From the NCBI GenBank assembly GCA_022821645.1, contig JAJEDE010000022.1, forward strand, positions 74,794 through 138,793: a stretch of DNA of 64,000 nucleotides, read 5' to 3'. The position numbers and the translations under genes were made by a program. The notes under the pieces were generated by a model. The model had not been told where the DNA came from. It did no database searches and saw only the letters and a program-made list of their open reading frames with translations. Positions 57,206-64,000 of this stretch are shown here, piece after piece (position 1 is the first letter of the stretch; each line of letters opens with the position of its first letter). The stretch is from Chloroflexota bacterium (GTDB lineage: Bacteria; Chloroflexota; UBA11872).

Positions 57206-58306
57206 TCAATCCGGTCTGTAGCGGGCGAGACTGTCGCGGTTAAGCGTCCAGCCGAAGCCGGAACTTTCGGGAATGGTGACTGCGCCTTGACTGGCTTCGG
57301 GTTCGCCATTGAGTGCATCCCAGATGAGGGAGTTCCCGGGCAGCGGATCGCGACGAGGGAAGTACTCGCCAATCGGACAGTTGGCGCGCGCGGCAATCAG
57401 GTGCCAGGAGTGCAGCCAACCCTGGTGGGGCGTGACGGGGCGCTGGTGGCTGGCGGCCAGCGCGCAGATGCGCAGCGTTTCGGTCAGGCCGCCCACGCGG
57501 TTGACGTCCGGCTGCAGGTAATGGATGCCCGCGTTGATGAGCGAGAGGAAGGGGAAGCGGGTGCGTTCGGACTCGCCCGCCGCGAGCGGGACGGCGCCGT
57601 CGCGGGCCAGGGCTTCGTAGCCGGCCAGGTCGTCGATGGGGATGGGGTTTTCCAGCCAGCAGGCGTTCACCTCGGCCAGCGGCTCCAGCATGCGCCGGGC
57701 GTAGGGGAGATCCCAGCCGAAGTGAGCGTCCACCATCAAGTCGGCGTCAGGACCGATGATCGACCGGATCTCGCGCAGCACCGCCAATTCGACCTGGCGC
57801 CCCCGCTCCCCGTCAGCCGGCCCGTGCACGCTGAAGTACTTGAAGGCGCTGAACCCCTGGCGTCGCCCCTCCGTTATCTCGTCCAGCAGCGCCTGCCGAT
57901 CCGGGCGCCCGCGCAGCGATAGCGAACTGAGGTACACCGGCACCCGGCGGATGGAACCGCCGCCGATCAGGCTGACCACCGGCCGGTCTACCGACTTCCC
58001 GAGCAGATCCCACAGGGCGAGGTCGACGCCGCTCAGGGCCATGACTCCGGTGCCGCGTTGGCCCTGGCGGTTCAGCGAGTCGTAGAGACGTTCCCAGTGC
58101 GTCTCAATATCCGCCGGGTCAGCTCCCTCCATCAATGGGGCGAATTGGCGGGTGATGATCGTCTCCGCCCCGACAGGGAAGCCGCCAACAGTTCCAAGGC
58201 CAGTTAGTCCCTCGTCGGTCTCGATTTCCACGACGACGAGGGCAATGGCTTCGCGCCCCGGGTCGGGGCTGCGGAGGGGATGAGCGCGCAGGCGAGTGAT
58301 GCGCAT
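57206..58306 (-). CDS. enolase-superfamily protein (mandelate racemase/muconate lactonizing enzyme family, acid-sugar dehydratase-like)
   Basis: MRITRLRAHPL...VVVEIETDEGLTGLG is the capping domain. LMVDAHFGW, WLENPIP and LAAGE are the metal-ligand strands. Confidence 0.8.
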   Translation of the reverse strand: MRITRLRAHPLRSPDPGREAIALVVVEIETDEGLTGLGTVGGFPVGAETIITRQFAPLMEGADPADIETHWERLYDSLNRQGQRGTGVMALSGVDLALWDLLGKSVDRPVVSLIGGGSIRRVPVYLSSLSLRGRPDRQALLDEITEGRRQGFSAFKYFSVHGPADGERGRQVELAVLREIRSIIGPDADLMVDAHFGWDLPYARRMLEPLAEVNACWLENPIPIDDLAGYEALARDGAVPLAAGESERTRFPFLSLINAGIHYLQPDVNRVGGLTETLRICALAASHQRPVTPHQGWLHSWHLIAARANCPIGEYFPRRDPLPGNSLIWDALNGEPEASQGAVTIPESSGFGWTLNRDSLARYRPD

Positions 58307-58348
58307 CGCGGGACATTATGGCCGGGCGAGCGTGAGTCGCGAGTATTC

Positions 58349-58939
58349 CTATCCCGGGGCGCGCGCGATATCGCGCATGAACGCTTCATCCATCTCGTGG
58401 CGCTCGTCCGCGGCCAGCCAGAGATCGTAGGCGTAGGTAGAGCGCGGGCCGTGGAAGAGCCAGACGGAGACGCCTTCACTTTTTGCAACGTCGAGTACCG
58501 GAACAAAGTCGCCGTCTCCGGCAACGACTGCTATGTGCGTGACGATCTGCCGTCCGGCCAAGAGCGCGGCGTCGAGTCCGAGCAATAGGTCAACCTGCTT
58601 CTGCACGAACGTGGGCCTTTGGTTCTCGCGAGCGTCGACCTGGCGCAAGTGGCCTTCTCGCACCTGGAATCGCGGGAGTTGCGTTAGGGCTTTGACGAAG
58701 CGGCGATAGCCAGCGGTGCGATAGCGGTCGTCATCTGTTGGTGGATCAGGCTGGAATGGCGGGCAGGTGTAGTAGTACGTACGGAAGAGATCCAACGGCT
58801 CTGGCGTTGCCTCGACGACGACTTGGCGTACATGTTCGGCCAGCATTTGGATGTCGAGTCTGAGTCGCAGGCGGCGAAACTGCCTCGTGCGCAGTCCCTC
58901 AACGTATCCGCCGTCGACAAAGACCGCGAGCCTGGCCAA
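58349..58939 (-). CDS. NYN-domain (LabA/DUF88-like) protein
   Basis: LAVFVDGGYV...VDLLLGLDA...IAVVAGDGDFVPVL are NYN/PIN-like acidic motifs. I chose the start at TTG 58939, which has AGGAG 5 nt upstream. The track's longer form would read through a strong hairpin. Confidence 0.7.
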   Translation of the reverse strand: MARLAVFVDGGYVEGLRTRQFRRLRLRLDIQMLAEHVRQVVVEATPEPLDLFRTYYYTCPPFQPDPPTDDDRYRTAGYRRFVKALTQLPRFQVREGHLRQVDARENQRPTFVQKQVDLLLGLDAALLAGRQIVTHIAVVAGDGDFVPVLDVAKSEGVSVWLFHGPRSTYAYDLWLAADERHEMDEAFMRDIARAPG

Positions 58940-58960
58940 AGCCACTCCTGTTCGAAGACG

Positions 58961-58994
58961 AAGAAAGCCGGGGCGTTTCCGCCCCGGCTTTCTT
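58961..58994 (-). terminator. strong GC-rich hairpin (15-bp stem, 4-nt loop) with U-rich tails on both strands, 12 nt upstream of the NYN gene RBS
   Basis: AAGAAAGCCGGGGCG-TTTC-CGCCCCGGCTTTCTT forms a perfect stem. On the minus strand it is followed by UUCGUCUUCGAAC and then AGGAG. On the plus strand it is followed by GCUUCU. No annotated gene ends here on either strand. Confidence 0.4.
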
Positions 58995-59151
58995 GCTTCT
59001 AGCCTTACGTGCGCCCCGCCGAGCAAAGTCGAGCGAGTGCGAACGCAGTGTAGATATTGACGCGAGTATTGATGATAGGGGCGTCGCAGTCAATGCTTGG
59101 GTGAAGGCTCCGCAGGCTAAGATTTCGCGTCTCTCGTTTGAGATATAGCCC

Positions 59152-60126
59152 ATGCGCGAAAACGCTTGCTGTTCGCCAGAGTCGCCACGTCACGCGAACG
59201 CAAATGCCGGCGATGCGCGCGTAGCCAGCAGCGGCCGGGTCGCCCAGTCGCTCCGGCGCCGGCCAGGGATGGCGCGGATCCGTGGTGGCGAGTACCGGAT
59301 GGGGACGGAGGATCGCAGCGGGTTTCCTGCGGACGGCGAGGGGCCGGTGCGGGACGTGCGGGTGGACACGTTTCGGATCGACATCGCGGCCGTAACCAAC
59401 GCGGAGTTCGCCGAGTTCATCACGGCCAGCGGGTACCGGACCGAGGCAGAGACGTTCGGGTGGAGCTATGTGTTTCACATGCTGGCGTCCGAGGAGATCA
59501 AGCGTCGGACGCCGCAGCGGCCGGATACCACGCCGTGGTGGGTACCGGTGAGCGGCGCGTATTGGGCGGCGCCGGAGGGGCCAGCCTCGGACGTCGACGA
59601 CCGCATGGATCATCCGGTGATTCACGTCTCGTGGAACGACGCGCAGGCCTACTGTGAGTGGGCGGGTACGCGGCTGCCGACCGAGGCGGAGTGGGAGTAC
59701 GCGGCGCGGGGCGGGCTGGACCAGCGCCGCTACCCCTGGGGCGACAAGCTGACGCCGAAGGGCGAGCACCGCTGCAATATCTGGCAGGGCACGTTCCCCG
59801 AGGTCAATTCATCGGCCGATGGCTGGATTTGCACGGCACCGGTGGACGCCTATAAGCCAAACGGGTTCGGGCTGTACAACACCTCGGGCAACGTGTGGGA
59901 GTGGTGCGCCGACTGGTTCAGTCCCAGCCATCACCTGCGGGCCGAGCGGCGAAATCCGCAGGGACCGGCCAACGGCCAGCGGCGGGTGTTGCGGGGCGGG
60001 TCGTATCTGTGTCACCGGTCGTACTGCAACCGGTACCGGGTGGCGGCGCGCAGTTCCAACACGCCGGATAGCAGCGCGGGGAACCTGGGGTTTCGGTGCG
60101 TGCGGTCGGTTCCGACGTCCGGATAA
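59152..60126 (+). CDS. formylglycine-generating enzyme (SUMF1/FGE family)
   Basis: RMGTED...FPADGEGPVR.V.V..F.ID...VTN.EF..F, HPV.HVSWNDA.AYC.WAG.RLPTEAEWEYAARGG, GNVWEW and LRGGSY.C are present. An alternative start lies at ATG 59269 (MARIRGG). Confidence 0.85.
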   Translation: MRENACCSPESPRHANANAGDARVASSGRVAQSLRRRPGMARIRGGEYRMGTEDRSGFPADGEGPVRDVRVDTFRIDIAAVTNAEFAEFITASGYRTEAETFGWSYVFHMLASEEIKRRTPQRPDTTPWWVPVSGAYWAAPEGPASDVDDRMDHPVIHVSWNDAQAYCEWAGTRLPTEAEWEYAARGGLDQRRYPWGDKLTPKGEHRCNIWQGTFPEVNSSADGWICTAPVDAYKPNGFGLYNTSGNVWEWCADWFSPSHHLRAERRNPQGPANGQRRVLRGGSYLCHRSYCNRYRVAARSSNTPDSSAGNLGFRCVRSVPTSG

Positions 60127-60144
60127 CGCCATGCTGACGACACG

Positions 60145-62082
60145 ATGAACTCAGCCGCCGTACTGGATCTGTCGAAGTCTCCACACGCGGTGGTTCGGCC
60201 AGTACCACCCGGGCGGGTGGAGGTGGCGGATGGGTTCTGGGCGGAGCGGATGCGGTCCATGCGTGGGCATGGGCTGGCGCGGCAGTTCGAGCAGTGCGAG
60301 GTGACGGGGCGGCTGCGCAATTTCGAGCGAGCGGCGGGACGCCTGGAAGGCAAGTTTGAGGGCCGGTATTACAACGACTCAGACGTCTACAAGTGGCTGG
60401 AAGCGGCGAGCTATGCGCTGGGGCGAGCGCCTTCGGCCGAATTGCAGGGTTGCATGGATCGAGTGATCGACTTGATTCGAGCCGCGCAGCGCCCGGACGG
60501 CTACATCAATACCTACTTCAGTGGATCCCAGGCGTCGTGGCGGTATCGAAACCTGACCGACGAGCACGAGTTGTATTGCATGGGTCACCTGATCCAGGCG
60601 GGGGTGGCGCACCGGCGGTCGACGGGCTCGGACCGGCTGTTCGAGGTCGTGGTGCGGGCGGCGGATCACATCTGCGAGACGTTTGGGCCGGAGGGGCGGC
60701 CGGAGCCGGACGGGCATCCGGGGATCGAGCTGGCCCTGGTGGAGCTGGCGCGGGAGACGGGGAACGACAAGTACCTGAAGCAGGCAGTGTTCTTCCTGGA
60801 CCAGCGGGGCTCGGACCCGCCGCACCTGAACGGACTGCACGTCCTCCAGGACCACGCGCCGGTACGGGAACAGCGCGACGCCGACGGGCACTCGGTGCGG
60901 CTGACGTACCTGGCGGCGGCGATGGCGGATGCGGCCATGGACACAGGTGAAGCAGAGCTGCTGGCGGCCTCGGTCTGTTTGTGGGAGAGCGCATATCTAC
61001 GCCGCGCTTACGTGACCGGTGGGTTGGGGTCGCGATACCAGGGGGAGGCGTTTGGGGCGGATTACGAGCTGCCGAATGACCGCGCGTATGCGGAGACGTG
61101 CGCGGCGGTGGGTGGGATCTTCTGGAATGCGCGGCTGCTGGCAGCCACCGGGGAGGCGAGGTACGGGGACTGGCTGGAAACCGCGCTGTATAACGGCGCG
61201 CTGGTTGGGGTATCGCCGGACGGCGGGGCGTATTTCTACGCCAACCCGCTGGCGGCCGATCCGCAACCCACGCCGGACGACCAGGGCGGCGTCCATAGCG
61301 ACGGCGCGCAGCCGACGATAGGCGGTCACCAGCGGCAGCCGTGGTACGACACGGCCTGCTGTCCGCCCAACATCGCGCGGCTGCTGTTGAGCCTGCCGGG
61401 ATACGCCTACGGGGTGTCGGCGGGCGCGCTTTGGGTGCATCAATACTTGCCGGGGCGGGTGGAGGCGGCGCTGCCGGACGGCGCCTCCATCACGCTGCGG
61501 GTTGTTACGCGGTACCCGTGGGATGGGGACGTGGAGCTAGTCGTGGAGGAGGCGCCGGACCGGCCGGTGGAGTTGCGGGTGCGGGTTCCCTCGTGGGCCG
61601 ATGGCGCGAGTCTTGAGGTGGATGGAGTTCGTGAGCCTGTCGAGCCGGGGTCGTATGCGGGAATCCGGCGGGTCTGGCCGGCGGAAACGGCCGTGCGCCT
61701 GCGGTTGCCGATGGATGTTCGGCTGGTGGCCAGCCACTCGAGGGTCCAAGCCAATAGGGGGCGAGTGGCTATCGCTCGGGGGCCGTTGGTCTATTGCATT
61801 GAGGCCGCGGATCACCACGAGTCGAATGTGGACGCGCTGGTGTTGGGCCCGGATTCAGACTTGCAGGCGAGCGACGAGCCTGACTTGCTGGGCGGGCTGA
61901 CGACGATTCGAGGTTCAGCCGGCGTTGCGGTGAAGCGCGAGTCCGACGAACTGTATTCGCGGTTTGATGGAGGGAAGCCAGAGCCGTCCGGTTCGACGGC
62001 CCTGACCGCGATTCCGTACTTTGCCTGGGCCAACCGGGCGCCCGGGGGGATGCGCGTGTGGATTCCGTACGTTGACAGTTGA
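60145..62082 (+). CDS. glycoside hydrolase family 127 (DUF1680, beta-L-arabinofuranosidase-like)
   Basis: The N-terminus has ...RLRNFERAAG...YYNDSDVYKWLEAASYAL.... HELYCMGHLIQAG and the C-terminal beta-sandwich region are consistent with the GH127 layout. Confidence 0.75.
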   Translation: MNSAAVLDLSKSPHAVVRPVPPGRVEVADGFWAERMRSMRGHGLARQFEQCEVTGRLRNFERAAGRLEGKFEGRYYNDSDVYKWLEAASYALGRAPSAELQGCMDRVIDLIRAAQRPDGYINTYFSGSQASWRYRNLTDEHELYCMGHLIQAGVAHRRSTGSDRLFEVVVRAADHICETFGPEGRPEPDGHPGIELALVELARETGNDKYLKQAVFFLDQRGSDPPHLNGLHVLQDHAPVREQRDADGHSVRLTYLAAAMADAAMDTGEAELLAASVCLWESAYLRRAYVTGGLGSRYQGEAFGADYELPNDRAYAETCAAVGGIFWNARLLAATGEARYGDWLETALYNGALVGVSPDGGAYFYANPLAADPQPTPDDQGGVHSDGAQPTIGGHQRQPWYDTACCPPNIARLLLSLPGYAYGVSAGALWVHQYLPGRVEAALPDGASITLRVVTRYPWDGDVELVVEEAPDRPVELRVRVPSWADGASLEVDGVREPVEPGSYAGIRRVWPAETAVRLRLPMDVRLVASHSRVQANRGRVAIARGPLVYCIEAADHHESNVDALVLGPDSDLQASDEPDLLGGLTTIRGSAGVAVKRESDELYSRFDGGKPEPSGSTALTAIPYFAWANRAPGGMRVWIPYVDS

Positions 62083-62092
62083 AAACGACCTC

Positions 62093-63121
62093 GTGCAGGC
62101 GGACCTGTTCACCAGCGGCACGCTCGGGTACCACACATTCCGAATCCCGGCGCTGGTGGTCACGACCCAGGACACGCTGCTGGCGATAGCCGAGGGGCGG
62201 CGCAACTCGCAGCACGACACGGGCGACATCGACCTGGTCCTGCGACGCAGCCGCGACAACGGCGAAACGTTCGACGACATGCGGGTAGCGGTTGCGGGCG
62301 AAGGCAACGTGGCGGGGAATCCGGCGCCGGTGGTGGACGAGGAGACGGGGACGATCTGGCTGTGGTTCTGCCGCAACAATGCCGATGGCCCGGAGACCCT
62401 GATTTGCGCGGGAAAGGCGCCGCGCACGGTGTGGCTGACCAGCAGCGACGACGACGGTGAGACATGGGCCGAGCCGAGGGAGATGACCGGCGTCGTCAAG
62501 CTGCCGGGGTGGACGTGGTACGGCACGGGGCCGGGGCATGGGTTGCAGCTGGCCTCGGGGCGCTTGCTCATTCCCTCCTACCACGTCATCGGACGTCACT
62601 TTGACCGGGCCACGGATCCGTATATCTCGCACGCGATTCTGAGCGACGATCACGGGGAAACCTGGCGACTCGGGGGTGCGGCGCAGCCGGGCACGAACGA
62701 GTGCATGGCCGTTCAGCTAGCCGACGGGCGCGTGTACCTGAACGAGCGCAACTACCTGGGCGAGCACCGGCGGGCCTTTGCGATGAGCCATGACGAGGGC
62801 GAGAGCTTTGACGCCTTTGGCTGGCACGACGAAGTGATCGACCCGATCTGCCAGGCGGCCGTGCTGGGCGTGGGCGGCGACCGGCTGGTGTTCAGCAACG
62901 CGGCCAGCCGGGCGCGTGAGCGGCTGACGGTGCGAACGAGTGCGGACGGTGGGCAGACCTGGTCGCGCGGTCGCGTATTGCACGAGGGGCGAGCGGCCTA
63001 CTCGGACCTCTGCGAGCTGCCCGACGGGACGCTGGGTTGTCTCTACGAAGCAGGGAGCGAAGGCGAGTATGAGCAGCTTCGCTGGGCCAGGTTCAGTCCC
63101 GATTGGCTGCGCTCCGGCTAG
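62093..63121 (+). CDS. exo-alpha-sialidase (GH33, BNR/Asp-box beta-propeller)
   Basis: The FRIP motif (YHTFRIPALV) is present with four Asp boxes (SRDNGETF, SSDDDGETW, SDDHGETW, SADGGQTW). The start is uncertain (TTG 62072 or GTG 62093). The track ORF start 62021 overlaps the GH127 gene. Confidence 0.8.
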   Translation: MQADLFTSGTLGYHTFRIPALVVTTQDTLLAIAEGRRNSQHDTGDIDLVLRRSRDNGETFDDMRVAVAGEGNVAGNPAPVVDEETGTIWLWFCRNNADGPETLICAGKAPRTVWLTSSDDDGETWAEPREMTGVVKLPGWTWYGTGPGHGLQLASGRLLIPSYHVIGRHFDRATDPYISHAILSDDHGETWRLGGAAQPGTNECMAVQLADGRVYLNERNYLGEHRRAFAMSHDEGESFDAFGWHDEVIDPICQAAVLGVGGDRLVFSNAASRARERLTVRTSADGGQTWSRGRVLHEGRAAYSDLCELPDGTLGCLYEAGSEGEYEQLRWARFSPDWLRSG

Positions 63122-63247
63122 CCTTCGCGCTCGCGTTCGCGAGCAGGCTCCGCCAGACTGCTTGTATGTTCTCGAACAGACAGGGCATTTCGGAACTGCG
63201 CGCCCACGAGGCACGGGTGGTCGTTTGAAATCACACAGCGAGTCGTA

Positions 63248-63766
63248 ATGGGAGTTCCCAGGCCGATTCGGCGCTCGAGCCGGCGTGCCGTTTTGGCCGG
63301 CGGCGTGCTGTCGTTTGGCGCGCTGCTGTTCGGACCGGCCTGCGAGACCGTCGACGGTCAGGCCGTCGCCGTCTACCTGACCGAATTGAACGAACTTCGC
63401 GACAGCACGGCCGGTGACGACGCGCTGCTGGGCGAGCGGTTCAACTCGCTGATCGCCAGCGGCTCGCGCGACGCCGGAGCTTACCTGGCGATCTATCGCG
63501 AGTTACGGGCCTCCAACGCAGAGGTGCTGGAGGAACTGGGGCAGATTCAACCGCCGAAGGGACTGGAACGCCATCACGAAGACTTCGTGGAGGGGCTGAG
63601 CGATTTGGTGACGGCGCTGGATGAGGTAATCAGGATGATCGAGGAGGGCGAGGTGATCGAGGCCAACCGACTCTTTCAACGCTCCGTCACACGATCCCAG
63701 GCCAAGCAGACGGGCGCCATGCTGCAGATCCGGCGTGTCGCCCGCAGCGCGCGCGTGCGCGTCTGA
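63248..63766 (+). CDS. hypothetical secreted/lipoprotein-like helical protein (172 aa)
   Basis: It has an N-terminal basic plus hydrophobic segment ending ...LLFGPAC. The remainder is helix-prone. No recognisable domain. Confidence 0.5.
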   Translation: MGVPRPIRRSSRRAVLAGGVLSFGALLFGPACETVDGQAVAVYLTELNELRDSTAGDDALLGERFNSLIASGSRDAGAYLAIYRELRASNAEVLEELGQIQPPKGLERHHEDFVEGLSDLVTALDEVIRMIEEGEVIEANRLFQRSVTRSQAKQTGAMLQIRRVARSARVRV

Positions 63767-63769
63767 CCC

Positions 63770-64000
63770 ATGGCATCCAAAAACGCCACCCCGCGCCTCG
63801 TCAGCCTGGGCGAGGTGATGATCGAACTCTCGGGCCCAGCGCCGCTGGCCGAGGCCTCAGCGCTCGAACGGTCGTATTCGGGCGATGCGCTGAACGTGGC
63901 GGTTGCGGTTCATCGCCTGGGGGTGCCCAGCGCGATCGTCACGCGACTGGGCGAGGATCCGTTCGGCGACTACCTGTCCGACCAATTTCGGGGTCTCGGC
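63770..64000 (+). CDS. PfkB-family sugar kinase, KdgK-like, N-terminal 77 codons (continues past the right edge)
   Basis: Hand translation from ATG 63770 gives MASKNATPRLVSLGEVMIELSGPAPLAEASALERSYSGDALNVAVAVHRLGVPSAIVTRLGEDPFGDYL..., a typical 2-dehydro-3-deoxygluconokinase-type N-terminus. Confidence 0.7.
   Translation, partial: MASKNATPRLVSLGEVMIELSGPAPLAEASALERSYSGDALNVAVAVHRLGVPSAIVTRLGEDPFGDYLSDQFRGLG

Noticed and set aside
56043-57243. ORFs 56043..57086 (-, alternative frame) and 56116..57243 (+)
   Set aside because: They overlap mtnA, whose frame shows all conserved blocks. The alternatives are P/S/T/A- or G/V/D-rich shadows.
57115-57396. N-terminal extensions of track ORFs (mtnA to 57396; also SGNH to 19168, metK to 53057, the ABC-2 permease to 45537, rarA from 13339, nadC to 7996, DUF6807 to 49420)
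   Set aside because: The extensions are R/P/S-rich, overlap upstream genes or intergenic signals, and precede the conserved family N-termini. Internal starts with RBS-like sequences or stop/start overlaps fit better.
63129-63144. Palindrome GCTCGCG-TT-CGCGAGC after the sialidase stop as an intrinsic terminator
   Set aside because: The loop is too short (2 nt) and there is no following T-run, so support is weak.

Overview
This is a high-GC bacterial chromosomal segment (roughly mid-60s % GC by eye, not computed). It is densely coding, with about 60 protein genes and 2 tRNAs (Gly-CCC, Lys-UUU, both with encoded CCA). I found no rRNA and no CRISPR array. The phylum cannot be assigned from sequence alone; the gene content looks like a glycan-scavenging heterotroph.

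The backbone is housekeeping:
- aspS (truncated at the left edge), infC, nadC, ogt, an htrA-like protease, rarA and hisI.
- A long minus-strand cluster for the activated-methyl cycle and methionine salvage: mtnA-mtnP-pfkB kinase-ahcY-metK-beta carbonic anhydrase.
- Many carbohydrate and scavenging genes: GH172/DUF2961, GH127, a GH33 sialidase, FGE, a sulfatase-like protein, Gfo/Idh/MocA, DUF6807, TIM-barrel isomerase, PhyH, SGNH and GGT.
- Two MoxR AAA+ ATPases, one in a MoxR-DUF58-DUF4129 triad, plus a partial heptose-activation cluster (gmhA-like, GHMP kinase, SDR).
- Transporters: MMPL, two ABC-2 systems and SulP.

The most notable structure is a 2,322-bp IS1595-family element (34164..36485). 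It has 27-bp terminal inverted repeats (24/27 match) and a perfect 8-bp target duplication (CTTTTTTT). It carries a tightly overlapped three-gene unit: transposase, Dam-type N6-adenine methyltransferase and a 153-aa PD-(D/E)XK-like nuclease. It has cleanly split a NatB-like ABC-2 permease gene; removing the element restores the reading frame. This looks like a transposon-borne methylase/nuclease (R-M-like) module.

Other items worth a second look:
- a perfect consensus parS site (48325..48340);
- a ~106-bp imperfect tandem repeat in AT-rich DNA upstream of a class II Fic gene;
- a retropepsin-like protease two-gene cassette;
- a BrnT/BrnA toxin-antitoxin pair with a candidate operator palindrome;
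- a promoter-plus-terminator-like leader in front of a NYN-domain gene;
- a degenerate PP2C/transmembrane/beta-propeller protein;
- a sulfatase-fold protein with Thr at the formylglycine position.

All functional calls come from motif recognition by eye on the supplied translations. No database searches were run.
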